The notes beneath the pieces are model-generated. The model was not told where the DNA came from. It saw only the letters and a program-made list of their open reading frames with translations, and did not search any database. Positions 37,434-52,292 of a DNA stretch of 64,000 bases are shown here, piece after piece (within the stretch, counting starts at the first letter, position 1; every line of letters begins with the position of its first letter). This stretch comes from Phyllosticta citribraziliensis (lineage: Eukaryota). Position numbers and translations under genes: made by a program. Location: NCBI RefSeq assembly GCF_038025025.1, contig NW_027117344.1:372001-436000 (forward strand), written 5' to 3'.

Positions 37434-37740
37434 AGATGGAGGGTGGAAATGGTTGCCCATTGTGTGACATCAGATGTTAGTAGTCTGTGTTCCCGGTAGA
37501 TGTGCATGTACTTTGAACGCGACAGTACTGCAGTATGTGCGGCGCGCACTGGTTGCAGACCAAACAAGTCTCCATCTCATTTGAATGAACAAGTTCAAAA
37601 AACGACGACCCTCGGCGTGGATCAATACTGCACGACACGCTAGTCACGTACTTGACAGGAATCTATCCACGTCCCTATTCACCGCGCACCCCAGCACCAG
37701 CAACGACTCCATCCTTTTGCCTCCTTACAGTACAATTGGC

Positions 37741-39169
37741 TTAGTCAAACTGGCTGAGATCCAAAGGCACGCTGCTCCCCCGCCCCGCCCTGTACTTCTT
37801 GGGCCCGCCCACGTATTCTCGCGGCTTTGGCAGCTGGCCGTCGTCCTGGAACTTCCAACGCCCGTCGTGGATCCTGAGCATCCCCACATTGATCGTCCCA
37901 GATCCGCCGCTCTTGCTGCCTGATGAGCCGCCGCCCCCATTGGTCAGCGTGTACGCACTCGGGTCCATCGTAGACGCGCGAGGCGGCGGCGGCGCTGCTG
38001 TGGTCGGGCTCCGCGATGGTGATGCCGATGGAGGCGGCGGAGGCGCCAGGGGCATCGTTGGCGCGTGCATAGGGGGTGGCGGAGGCGCGACAGGGGGAGA
38101 TGGGGCCTTTGGGGGGGATATGGATGCAGGAGGCGCGGACGGCGGGGGAGGAGGCGGGGCTGCAGGTGATGTTCCGCGTCCAAAAGCATTGCGAGCCGCT
38201 TGCTCGGCAAGTGACGGTGTGTGTCCGTTTGTTGGCGGAGGAGGAGGCCCTGGGGGCGGCGGCGGAGTTGCGCGTGAAGGGGGAGCTGGTGCGGACGATG
38301 GCGGCGGCGGCGGCGGCGGCGCTGATGGTGTTGCTGACGCTGGACGTGTTGGGGGAGCCGGTGCACCAATATTGGACGGCTTTCGAGAGGATGGAGGAGG
38401 CATCGGGGGCTTTTTGCCAATCGGCGGAGGAGGCTTGGGTTTGGAGATGGGCAGGTCGCTGAGCGAGTGTGTTGATGTCGGACGCAGATTGCCCTTGAGC
38501 GCAGCGACGGCTGGGTTTGGCGGAGGGGGAGGAGCTCCTCCTGGAGGCCGTGGAGCGCTTGGAGGCTTAGGAGCTGATCCAGGTGGTGGTTTCGGTACGC
38601 CTCGCGCGCGCATTGTCTCCGGATCTGACAGATATGGCGAGTCGGTGTTGGCGCCAGTGTCGACGCCTCCGCCTCCAGTCTTTCGAAGTTTTGGCATGCC
38701 CACACCTGCAAAAATGCCTGCCAGTTGAGGCGCTCCGCCGACTGCAGCTCCACCAGAGCTGTCAGAGCGGTCTCTTCCAGTATCGCTGCTGCTCCTTGCC
38801 CTGTTGCCTGGAACTGGAGGCGCGAGTCCGCCCGGAGGCTTCGCCATGCCCGGGACGGGGGGAGCACCCATTGTTGGTTTGGCGGGTCCGTCGACGACTT
38901 TCCCGATCTGAGGAGCCGAACGATCGTTGACTTGTGTGACTTTGCGCAGTCTTGCTCCCTTCTCGATGTCGCCAAGTAGCGCTCCCTGTTGCGTCATCAG
39001 CCTCCATGTGTTTGCATGAATGCGGGTCCGGCGTTCAACCACATACCCTTCCTTTCGCGGCTTGTGCTGGCGGTTTAGCGGGCAAGTTTCCAGGCGGCGG
39101 GGGCGGGGGAGGGCCTCCACCGAAGCCTGGCATCGGCGGAGGAGGTGGAGGGGGAGGAGCGGCGGGCAT
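37741..39169 (-). CDS. VRP1: Verprolin/WIP-like proline-rich actin regulator, 2 exons
   Basis: N-terminal polyPro, WH2 'GRGALLGDIEKGARLRKV..NDRSAP', 'GMPKLRK', C-terminal 'DGRWKF..LPKPREY.G..K.Y..G'. Confidence 0.88.
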
Positions 39170-39506
39170 GGCGGAGAGGCCGCGAGGGCGGGTAGATTCG
39201 AAGCTTCGAGCGGGTGATGCTGTGTTTTTGGGTCGATTCTCTAACGAAGGAAGAATACCACTGGGTGTGTTGGGCGCTGGAGCTTTGATTTGGAGAGGTT
39301 GCAGTCGAGAAGTTGCCTTGTGAGGTAGCGGAGGTTAGGTTAGGTTGCGAGAGCGAATGACATCGGAAAGAGCCACTGAGCCTCAGCCCGCCAGCCGAGC
39401 GCGCACGTCCCAAGGGCGCCGCAAGCACAGGGCAACCATCCCGCAAGCTCCCCGGCGAGCTCCACGACCTCCCGACCCGTACTCCAAGCTGTCGACTGCC
39501 ATCATC

Positions 39507-40760
39507 ATGAATCCCTCGCGTCTGGTTCGCCCGCAGCCTACCGCTATTCGTCAATTGTGCGGCGTCGCACTCAGACAGCCCGTTGGCGCGCGTCAAGCCC
39601 CGAGCTTTGCGACACTCAGCACCGCATGCTTTGGACGAAACCCACAAATCCACCGAACGTGTCTATCCGCGCGCCATGCGTCTACCAAGTCGAAAAGAGT
39701 TCAGGAACCCAACACTGTTGCGAGGAATGTGGAAAACGACCCGATCCTGGCCGGGCTCTACGCGCCTACCGCCGTAGACAATGTGGAAAAGAAGATAAAT
39801 CAGATTCTCGCACAAAAGGACACTGTCCCTCCGGAGGATGTCCTGGTACCAATCATGAGAGAGGCCGACAAATTGTCCGCCCTTCTCGTCAAGAGTGGCA
39901 CCGCTGAGAAAGAGTCAAACCCCAAGCAAGGCGCTCCAGACGCTGCGTCCTTGCTGTCAGACCTCGATAATGCGCCACCTTCGGCCAGGCTTCCGGTTGA
40001 CAAACTCTCGTCACTAGTCCACCAATTGATGCTACATCCTCCCGTCTTTATCAATCCTGAGATGCTGGGACTATATGTCAAGATTCAATCCAGGTTACGA
40101 CAGCCCGAAAAGATCCTTGACGTCTTTGACCTCTACGCCAACAAGCCAATTCCCAAGCCCAACTCGTCGCCTGTTCAGTACAAGCAGCCGAAGCCCGACC
40201 GGATATTGGCAGCAATTCCGACTCACATTGCAAACCAGGCTGTCGATGCTGCGCTTGCCAACAAAGATTTGTTTTTGGCAATGGAAATTGTCGAGAACAC
40301 ATTCAGGACGCGATCGTTCAACAAGGCCAAACTGGTCCGCAAAGTGACAGTGCCATTGCTGGGTGTCGGCTGTCTTCCCATTGGGCTCTACTACCTTGCC
40401 CAAATGTACGCAGAAGCACAGACATCAGAGGAGCACTTTTCGGCCGCTCTCAAGGTGTATGGGGGCGGAGCAGCGTATTTGGCGTCCGTGGTGGGACTCG
40501 GCTTCGTCGCAATCTCGACGTGGAATGATCAAATGAAGAGAGTGACGTGGGCAAGGGGAACGCCGCTGTCAGTTCGATACATGAGGGAAGAGGAGCGGGC
40601 TGCAATAGACAAGATTGCCCAGGCAGTGGGATTCCGGGAAAAGAGCAGATGGGGTGAGGAGGAGGGCGAGGAGTGGGAAGCATTTGTCGAGTGGGCGGCA
40701 ATGAGATGGATGGTGGTTGACGCCGTGGAGCTTCAGGAGGAGATGAATCCTGGGTCTTGA
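39507..40760 (+). CDS. Uncharacterised protein, probable mitochondrial presequence and two C-terminal TM segments
   Basis: 417-codon ORF from ATG 39507; R/S/A-rich N-terminus; hydrophobic VPLLGVGCLPIGLYY and AAYLASVVGLGFVAI. Confidence 0.75.
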   Translation: MNPSRLVRPQPTAIRQLCGVALRQPVGARQAPSFATLSTACFGRNPQIHRTCLSARHASTKSKRVQEPNTVARNVENDPILAGLYAPTAVDNVEKKINQILAQKDTVPPEDVLVPIMREADKLSALLVKSGTAEKESNPKQGAPDAASLLSDLDNAPPSARLPVDKLSSLVHQLMLHPPVFINPEMLGLYVKIQSRLRQPEKILDVFDLYANKPIPKPNSSPVQYKQPKPDRILAAIPTHIANQAVDAALANKDLFLAMEIVENTFRTRSFNKAKLVRKVTVPLLGVGCLPIGLYYLAQMYAEAQTSEEHFSAALKVYGGGAAYLASVVGLGFVAISTWNDQMKRVTWARGTPLSVRYMREEERAAIDKIAQAVGFREKSRWGEEEGEEWEAFVEWAAMRWMVVDAVELQEEMNPGS

Positions 40761-41044
40761 GGACCTAGTGGTAGTTGGTAGATAGGAGAAATTGACAGTG
40801 AAGCTTGCATGCCTATGTGCAACTCATGTTCCTGGCCTGGCCAACGTCACCGGCACCGCCCGCCAACGCCAAGCTCCGCGTACCCTGGTCTCTCCGCCGC
40901 AGATCAGCGCCGGTCGAAGCTCCAAGCGCACATGCTGCGACAACCAACCTCACCCAACATCTGCCACCACTGCTCTCATCTGGCGCTGGCTTCGTCTCCT
41001 CGTCCCTCTGATTATGAGGATACCCTCTCCCGCCAATCCTCAAC

Positions 41045-44000
41045 ATGCATATCGTCAAGCCTCTCTGGTTGACGCATCCTGGTGAGCTCCAAGTCGCAAT
41101 GGCCGTGTTTCCGCCGCGCTGTCGAATTCCAAAAGCTGACGCGTTGGATGCCATATAGGTGATTCGAGGGATTACGAGGTTTACAGTTGTCACATCTCTC
41201 CCGACGGCAACAGGCTTGCCACGGCTGCTGGAGGTATGCGCATTGGTTGCTCTGGAGCGCGCCGACCGCGTCGCATCTCGCGCCTTCGAACGGAGAACGC
41301 TGAAATCTGTCATAGATGGCCACGTACGCATTTGGTCGACCGACGCAATCATCAACTGCGATAATGTCGATTACAACAAACCAAAACAGCTCGCTGCTGT
41401 CAGCAATCACTCGGGCGTAATTCACGCCGTGCGCTTCTCAAGCAACGGACGCTATCTGGCATCGGGAGCCGATGACAGAGTCGTCTGTGTCTACATCCAC
41501 GACCCGAACCCACCGACACACTCTACATTTGGTATGGGACATTGGTGAGAGATGTGAGGGATTTGCTAAGATGTAGCAGGATCCAACGAGGAGCCGCCTG
41601 TGGAAAACTGGCGCGTGTTTCGCCGCTTAATTGGACACGACAACGACGTACAAGACTTGGGATGGTCATACGATTCTTCTATACTGGTTTCGGTGGGCCT
41701 GGATTCTAAAGTGGTCATTTGGTCGGGCCACACCTTTGAGAAACTCAAGACCATAAACAGCCACCAGAGCCACGTCAAGGGCATCACTTTCGACCCCGCC
41801 AACAAGTACTTTGCTACGTCAAGCGATGACCGCTCTATCAAAGTCTTTCGGTTCACTCCTCCCGCCCCCAACGCAACGGCCCAGGATTCCGTCAACAACT
41901 TTGTCCTCGAAAAAACGATCATTTCCCCGTTCGAGGCCTCTCCCTTGACCACGTATTTCCGCCGGTGTTCCTGGTCGCCTGATGGAAACCACATTGCTGC
42001 CGCCAACTCGACCAATGGCCCAGTCAGTTCCGTTGCAATAATTGATAGAGGATCATGGGATGGCGATATCAACTTGATTGGTCATGAAGGCCCGGTCGAA
42101 GTCTGCGCATTCTCTCCCAGACTCTTTTATCCCCGGCCGCTCGAAGAAGCCAACTTCGACGAGAATGGGGGCAAAGACCTTCCATGCGTTACTGTTGTTG
42201 CCTGCGCAGGACAAGACAAGACCTTGAGCATATGGAACACTAATTTCGCACGACCTGTTGTTGTTACTCAGGAGCTGTGCGGCAAGTCAATATCGGACCT
42301 TGCTTGGGCCCCGGACGGCGAAACGCTCTATCTCACCAGCTTGGACGGGAGCATATTAATGGCCCACTTCGAGCCCGGTGAGCTGGGCTATGTTGCTCCC
42401 CTCAAGGAGATCGAAGACTCGCTGCGAAAATTTGGCGCTGGACGGCGACTGGGAATGGTGGAGAGCACCGAGGCTCTTCTTCTGGAAGAAGGCAGCAAGG
42501 CTGGGGAGCTCAAAGGTGTCCAGGGTCGGATGGGAGAGCTCATGGGGGACGTCGGATCTCAATTATCAGCACCAGTGAATGGCCTGTCCGGAGCCCCTCG
42601 CACAAACGGCGTGAATTCTGGAGCAGGCGATGCACCAACTCCAGTCACAAACGGGCAGGCACTGCCAGCAAATCAGTCCTCGGGAGACACAAGGGTTGAC
42701 AAACTCAAGCAACGAGTCACGGTCACAAAAGATGGCAAGAAGCGCATTGCGCCCCTACTCGTGTCGGCGTCTTCAGGACTCGCAGAATCATCGTTACCTC
42801 AAACCCAACTCGTCACCTCTCAGCGAACTCGGTCCGGTGCTCGTCAAGACGACCCACACAGCGTCATCGACATGTCAAAACCGTTTGATGGATTTCCCAA
42901 AGGTGGCCTAGTTTCTCTGCTTCTCGGGAACAAGAGAAAATTCGCAGAGATAGAGGGAGACGACGAGCGTAGGGTGGAGAAGAGGCTTGCTAACGCAACA
43001 CGCAATGGCGCAGCTCCAATTCTTCAAAATACACCCGAGGGACTGGCGCCTGTCAAGCCCCAAGAGCGGCCCTCGGAAACTGAAATCCCTGAAGCACTAC
43101 GCCCTGCCGTCGTAAACCCCAGCCTGGCGGTCAGTCAACTCCGTCTTGCAATTCCTCTGGTCCGGAGCGTGATTGTTCGAACTGTGGACGCGAGCGAACC
43201 ACCGCAGCCAGGCAGTGACAGTTCAAGCGAAGTTGCCGTGATGCTCGAGGTTCGCAATGCCACTGGAGCATCCAGAACAGGCCGCCCTCAGGATAGGGAC
43301 CCTGCACGGATATCTTGCATCAAACGAGGTCAAAACCTGTGGCAAGATTTTATACCTCGAGCCGTCCTCCTCGTGACAGGTAATCCCAACTTTTGGGCCG
43401 CCGCAACCGAAGGTGGCTCCATCTACGTCTGGACGCCTGCTGGTCGTCGCCTTGTCAACGAGATGGTTGTTGAATCCAATCCCGTCATAATAGATTGCAG
43501 GGGTTGGTACCTCCTTTGCATCACGGCCGTTGGCACTTGCTACGTCTGGAATATCAAAACTCTCTCCTCTCCGCATCCACCTATTTCCTTAGCTCCTGTG
43601 CTGGACATTGCATCAGCAACACAGGGGCCGCACCTCACTCCCACTCCCGGTATCATCTTCGCTCGTCTCAATTCTGCCGGGCGCATCATCGTCGCCCTCT
43701 CCAACGGCGATGGCTTCTCTTATTCTCCCACCCTCTTCGTCTGGCAACGCTTATCAGAACCATGGTGGGCTGTTGGAAGTCAGTATTGGAACACGACCGA
43801 CAGCTCGGTTGCCAACCTGGCATCATCTTCCGCCGTCTCTGCTGCGAACAAGGAGCGAGAAAAGGATTTCGATGATGTAGCCCCAGAAAATCTCTCCGCC
43901 GGGATCATTCCCATGCTGGAGCGCAATACAACAGCTCACACGCTCGTCCGCGGCCGCGCTTTCTATCTCAGTCGCCTCATCAAGGCTCTCTTGTCAGCCG

Positions 44001-44500
44001 AGGGATACGAAAACCTCGAGTCTAGCATCAGCGTTGCGCATTTGGAAAACCGAGTCGCGGCCGCGTCGGCGTTGGGTGCTCGGGAAGAGTTCAGAATGTA
44101 CCTCCTCATGTACGCCAAGAGACTGGGTGCCGAGGGTCTCAAGGGCAAGATTGAGGAGCTGCTGCGAATGCTGATGGGCGACATTTTCGAAGACGATGAA
44201 GGAAATGGCGAGAAGAATGGCAGCAGGCAAGCAGAAGATTCGAACGCCATGGTTTTGAAGGATGGGAACGAGGAGCTGGTTGGTTGGAAGAAGGAGGAGC
44301 TCCTAAAGGAGATTGTCGTCGTCCTTGGTAAGTCCATCCCCAGTCTTCTGCTTCATCGTCTGCAAATGATTCTGACCATCACCGTAGGCAAACATCGCGA
44401 CTTGCAACGCATCACCGTGCCGTACGCGCGTCTGCTGGGCGTCATCGACAAGGACGCAGCAGATGGCGAAGACGCCGCCGCCATGGACACGGCGATATAG
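41045..44500 (+). CDS. HIR1: HIRA histone chaperone / histone transcription regulator, multi-exon
   Basis: MHIVKPLWLTH, WD40 repeats (GHDNDVQDLGWS), B-domain KQRVTVTKDGKKRIAP, C-terminal SIAHLENR-like Hira domain. Confidence 0.95.
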
Positions 44501-45213
44501 ATGTCGAAATCACGCCTTCTTTGGGTCTCTTCTGGTGCTCTACTTTTTCTCAAACTTTGATCTTGCAGGTTGGTTGGGATCCTTGCCTGTATGTATACTT
44601 TTGCCGCTTGCGAGCAAGCAAGGTCATCGTCGCGAGATATGTCCGGCGTTTGAAAAAGCGGTGCTGCGGGTGGAAGCAGTGGTGGTCTACATCATAGCGC
44701 GGAACTGACTTTCTGCTTTCTGTCTTGGTCGCCTGTTTGTCCGATTTTCTTGACAGTCGATACTCTTCATGCCGTTCTGGAGCCTTTAAGTCTATATGTC
44801 CAAAAGAGGAAATATCTCGTCATTTGAACACTGGGCCGAAGCCGGCGCCGTCGTCGGCGAAGTAGCAACAATAACGACTGACTGACCGGCCCCTCGCGCC
44901 TAGTCGTGACTCCTCCGGCCCAACGAGGCACTGTTGCCTGCGACGCCAGCACGACATACACCCACATGCCCGCGTCCCCTCGTGCGCGCGTGCCCGTCCT
45001 CCTGACTCTCCCATCCCGAGCGCTCGCTCGCTCGCTCGTGCCTGGCCCCAGCTCTCCACCCCTCCCCCCTATAAAACACCCCTCATCCTCTCCCCAACGG
45101 CGCCTCCTCAACCACAGCGCCAAACGCCTCCTCGGGCCAACAGAGCACGCACGTCGTCGGCAGACGGCGCTTTGCGATGCTCCGGAGACGAGGGAGCGAG
45201 GTTGCGCGCTGTG

Positions 45214-45509
45214 GTGAGTGTACGATGAGTGTTGCAACTTGTACAACTGTTTTTGTACGTGTTTTGATTTTGTGTGGGTGTGAGATTACTGTACGATTGT
45301 ATTTGTGTGGGTGTTTTGCTTTTGTGTGGGTGTGAGAGTTTTGTATAACTGTATTTGTGTGTGTTTTGATGGTTGCCTGTTTGCATACTGTTTGCCGCTG
45401 TGCTATTCTTGTACTTCTTGTGTACGATTTGTTGTTTGATTCCGAATCTGTATGCGTGTTTGTACTCTCTGTATTTTTATGGTGTTGTCTGTGTCCTGTT
45501 TTGTTGTAG
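45214..45509 (+). repeat. T/G-rich tract with a degenerate ~51-bp tandem repeat, bounded by GTGAGT and TAG
   Basis: Units start about 45240, 45290 and 45342 (TGTAYRAYTGT..TTTGTGTGGGTGTGAGA); strong C depletion on the + strand. Confidence 0.6.
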
Positions 45510-48500
45510 TCTCCAGGGGCGCTTCTAGCGAAAATGCCTGAGTGTCAACGTGAGAAAGATGAGGAATACTTATGATGGAGGTCAGCTCCGGATCTTAGGG
45601 GCGAAATTCATCATTTTAAGTCAGTGATGGATTGTGTCAAACAGGAAGGGTGAGAGGCTTGGAGGTAAGTCAGGCAGACCAGGGTAGTGGATGTGGACGA
45701 GATCCGCCAAAGTGTAATCCGGGATGAAGGGTGGCACCCGACAAGACAGTCAAGGGTCTTGCATTCGTAGATTGCGCAGCCTCTTCGAAAGACTAGAGGA
45801 CTAGATGCTGAGGAATCAGCGACGACCGGAAGATTTTTATACTGACAGGAGAAACAGACCTTCGTGCTTGGTCCACGCAACGAGGCTGAGCTGTGTCCAT
45901 ATGACCTCTCCTCCACTCCCATGTGTTGTCAAGCCCCTGACAGGCCCTTGGTTCTTGGGTATTCGAACGCACAGCTTTGCCGTGCCTGAAACTCCCTCCG
46001 CCAATTCGCGACTCGCGAGCCCTTCATCACGAAAGGGCAACCTCGGCGGTTACGGAATGTCGTCCACTTGCTTGGCCCCTCCTTTGGCTGAATGACCCAG
46101 ACCGGAGTTCTTTTGTCTTTGTCTTACTCGATGCTGACTTTCCACCAAATTCTGTCTACAGTATCGTTCAAAAAGCTGTCGAGCACCGTTGGGAAGTAAT
46201 GGGAATCAGCAACATCAGAAGGAGACGCAGCAAAGCGGAAAGGAGCAGGAGTTGCGAGGAATTTAAGACTGATTGCAAAGAGACAGATGACTGAGCGCGA
46301 AGACTTCGATATTTCTATGTTGCAGACGGCAGGAGCACCTGAAAGCGTCACTGCCTGTGTGGAAGCACGGGGAAAATCCCTCGCCGCTGGAGTGCTCCCG
46401 TGATTTCGACCCGTCACTTGACCGCAATGGCGGCACTGACCTCGAAGGTGTATAAATACGTCCATCGACCTTCCCTTCAAGCAACCACAAGTCCAAAGCC
46501 CTCAACACATGAGCGACTATGGCACCACGCCTGACTCTGGGATCGTTTGGCCGGGACGCGATTGAATCGGAAAACACCATTTGAAATCAACTGCCTCGCC
46601 TTTCCTCTCCTTTCATTTTGCTGCGATCATTCTAACGCTTTTGCTGCTCTCCACTGTTTCATCACGAAGATATGCGGTATTTCTTTACTTCAGAGATGCT
46701 TTTCGTCGTCATTTTTGTCTGGTCATCTTCATCACTCAAACTGAACAACACAACAGCAAGAGCGGCGAAGTCCTCGCCGAGCTGAAAACATTCTGGAGCG
46801 GCCGGGAGTTACCAAAAGAGTATCCTTCCTACTTGCAGTCTTGGTAGGAGAGTACATCATCGATGGAAGCTTTGAATCGCGCTCTCTGGAGTTGATAATC
46901 CACAGAAAAGCAGATCAAAGGAGTGAGGGCTTAAATACTCAAGATCCTGTCCGGTAAACGGAGGGGGCGTGCCAGAATGGACGAGCTTCACATGGCACTC
47001 ACGCGCTCGCAATGGACAAGTCCCCCTGACTTGTGATAGCGACATATGAGTCAGGTGCAAGCTCAGACGTTGGCGAAGGGTATAAAAGACGTCCCTCTGC
47101 CCGCCACGGACTTCTTCGCCAAGGTCTCGCTCCGCGGGGACGAGGCAAATCCCACGTCTCAAGAATGATGACTATTTGCCAAAGAATACCGACTTCTTGC
47201 CACGAAGGATATCGACACGGCACACTGTTTTTGTCTTCTTTTCCATGGCTCCCCCTGAATTAGGGGGCGTAGCGATGTTTGATGGGAAGTTTCGTCGGTG
47301 TGTAATGATGAAGGCGGAGGTGAATTTTGTGGGGTATTTCATCGTCACTCTGTACCGATTTCCCGTGGTAATGCTCTGCAAATCTGCAGACCTGGGCATG
47401 GACGCGAGGCAAAGAAAGTGACGAATTCTCAATGTCTAGTCCCCACAGAGGCAGACAAGAGTCGCGCGGAGGAATGCTTTGCACTCCTACAGTACCTCTG
47501 CATTGTTGAGGGCATTGGTGATGCCATGAACCCGGACTGACTGTAGAGAGAAGTGCAGCAGAGCCCAAAGCATGCGCCTTTTATATTCCTCATGCCTGCA
47601 GCGGTCACAAGGGAGAAGACTAGTCAATCAGGTGCTACTGACTCACTGACCACACCACATGAAAGTGCATGCCAATCGCACATGCAGTGAAATGTCTCCC
47701 ATGTGCGCGGTCAGTGCTCAAGGATCGAGGAGTATGTGATCGCCAGCAACACACCACTCGATCCAGTCATCAATTCACCGAGCCACCGCAGTCCTCCTGC
47801 GGGCTCAGAATGATGGAATCGTACCCTAACACTGCGTCTCCTGCGTCTGCGCAGAGAATCTACTTTTTGTCTTTCTGTCCTTTCGTTTCCTCCGCCGTTT
47901 CCTCCTTATAGGCCAAATGCTTACCACCATCACCACCCCCCAAACAGTCCGAACACCATCATTGCCCAACGCAGCTACACACACGCGTAAAGCCAGCCAG
48001 CCAGCGGGCGGCTCGTTGACTGTATGTAGGAAGAGTAAGAAGGAGGGGGAGGAAGCGCGGCAGGTAACATGCATAAACACCGCGCCACCCCCCGCTCCCA
48101 TCGAGCAAGCCACCACACCAAGACAGACTCGACATCGAGTCTTGAGGAAGCGTACTCGAAGCTGAGTACTGGAGAGAAGCCTGAAGACAGTCAATACTTC
48201 TGGCTCGGGTTGTTTCCCGTGCGGGCCCCTCTCATTCGTTACCCCTCTTTCATTCATCATGATCCTCCACCATAGTTATCAACATCATCCCCATCACAGC
48301 GCGAACAGAGGCGATCAAGATTTCGACGTGCTGAGGAAGGAAAGGGGGGGCACTGATGTCAGCAGCATCATCAGCATTATCAGCAGTGGCAGTCTAAAAG
48401 AGATTGCTTAATTTCTTCACTATCCAATCGCAAAGCAAGGCAAAGCAAGGCAAAGCAAAGCAGACACTTCCCAAAAATTTCAAAAAGGGCCATGGTTGAA

Positions 48501-48593
48501 AAGGCCTTGCGCAAATTCCGTGCTCGCGCTCCTCCTCTTTCTTCGCGCCCCACTAGACGAACGACCGACCGACCGACCGACCAACCAGCCAGG

Positions 48594-48627
<34 letters not shown>

Positions 48628-49045
48628 GAAGAACGAGGAGAGATGTAGCAGTCAAAATAGTCATCATGTGTCTTTTATTCTTTTCCAACGCCAAAACGCT
48701 CCGTCCGTCCGTCCGTCCAGTCCAGTCCGGTCCGGATCAGATCAGATCCAGAGCAAGCCCAACTCGCCGCTCTTCCTTCCTCATTCTTCTTCCTCGGATT
48801 GTTGTTGAAGACGACTAAAGAGTTGTGTGTGCGTGTTTGTTTCATCCCAGTAAACGTTAAGTTCCCCTGCCCGACCCACCCAGCCGGCGGTTTTAGTCCC
48901 TGACCCTCTCAATCGCGAATTCCCAAGTTTGAAAGAAACAAAGAAAAAGTAATGCCGTTGAAGACAAGAGAGAAGCTTTTGGTATCATCCCGTTCATAAC
49001 ACGTGTGTTGAAAGACTCATGCGGCGCTCAAGTGCGAGAATGCCT

Positions 49046-50555
<1,510 letters not shown>

Positions 50556-52292
50556 GTTGGATGGAGGATTTGGGCGAAGAAAGAGGTTCGAGGGGTGAGG
50601 AGAAGGAGTGAAGATGTGGCGGGGTTTGTATTGAAGAGGATAGAGTTTTCGGCGGAGGAAAGGCGGTTTACCCCACTAGCGGCGTAGCCTCAATGGATCC
50701 GATGCCGCGTCGCCGCCCCCACGTGCGTCGGACTACCCGCCCTTTTGTTCAACTCAACACTTTTATCCGACCGACAGCAATTGTCTCGTTACCATTGTCT
50801 ATTCTTTTTGTTCGCTCTGCAACCAGATGGTACATCATCGAGTGTTGCAGTCATGCAGAACCCTCCACGCCGTCAACCGCCTGTCACTGATACTCTACCT
50901 ATCGTCCCAATTCGGCATTCATCTTCGGTGCATTAAAACGTTCCGACCTGCCTCTTTCGGCGAAATATTTGAGCCAGACATGCCCGATGGATTACTCGTG
51001 CAGCCAGGCTTGCCTCTTTGCAACTCCGCACCTTGTTGTCTTGAGCTGGGCTCCATCACCACTGCGTTGAGATGCTCTCTGGAAGACTGGTAGCTGCGTG
51101 AACCTGAACCACGACCCGGGCAAAGATCTAGACCCCGAGCAGATGTCATTGCCCGGTACGATAGCTACATACCCTTAGCTTTGCATCGACAACCGATTTT
51201 GTAATTTGGACCAACGCGAGTGATTACAAACCCCGAGCGAATTGACACCGCAAAATCCTCTTCGCGAATTGGATGCGTTCACGCGGGAAGGACTCGCCGT
51301 CGTATTATCCCACACGTGAAGACACTTCCCCTGCATCTCCATCGTGCAGCGCAGACATGTAGACAGCACCAACCACGATTCATGCACACAACAACATAAA
51401 CACCGATCCACCCATATGTATACTTGACAATCTATCTTTTGATCAATGAGCCGCTGAACCAAGGGAGAAAAAAGGACGAAAAGTGGCAAAGAGAAAGAGC
51501 CAATCGCTACCACCAATCCAAGCCCATGCTCGATTCAAGCACCACCTCTAGTCTCTGCTCGCCAAACCACTGCTTGCTAACAAACTCTTCTCCCATTCAT
51601 TGCTACAAGCCAAAGTCGCCCAAATTCAAATCAGTCCACAAGACACCGGACCGTGATCAGGGAAATTTCGATGGGCTCATAAGAACAAGGTGCCTCGCGC
51701 GAAGAGCCAGTCGTTTGAATCGGTTGATTTATTGATAAAGAAGCAGTTGGTGGTGGTCATTTAGACTACTACTTGTATGCCGGGCTGGTGTCATGCGCGC
51801 AAGAGCAAATGACGCTGCTATGCCAGAATACGCGTCCGCATCTTTCTCTGGTGCAGAGTGGCTTCCTCCCTGTGGACGGACGCGAGAATTGAGTGGGTGA
51901 GGGTGAACGGGTAGATGGGAAGCCGAGACAGCCAGGACAACGGACTGGCGCCAACAAGGACGGAAGGATTAAAGGATGAGGTGGAAGGAGAGGCTGCAAA
52001 GGGGATAAGAAAAGTCGCAAACTGGAGGTGTCACATTCCTCGAAGCCCGCTCGTCTTGCCTTCGTAGCTGGTGCTCACGTAGCCCAGCTCTTTTGAAGTG
52101 GCTGCTGCTGAAACCCTTGCAAAACATAAGAAATTACGGGTATGGTGCGGGATTAGTAGGGGTATCGGCCGGTGCCAAGTCTTCTCCTTGTTGGAGGCTG
52201 GGGAGGATGGTGCTGATTGGAGTCCCGAAGAATTGTTGTTTGTGGCAATTTGCTGCAAAGGGACGATTGTGTGGGGTGACGATGGATCAATG

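Noticed and set aside
45500..48300. Telomerase RNA candidate
   Set aside because: No convincing TAACCCTAA-type template; only ACCCTAAC near 47823.
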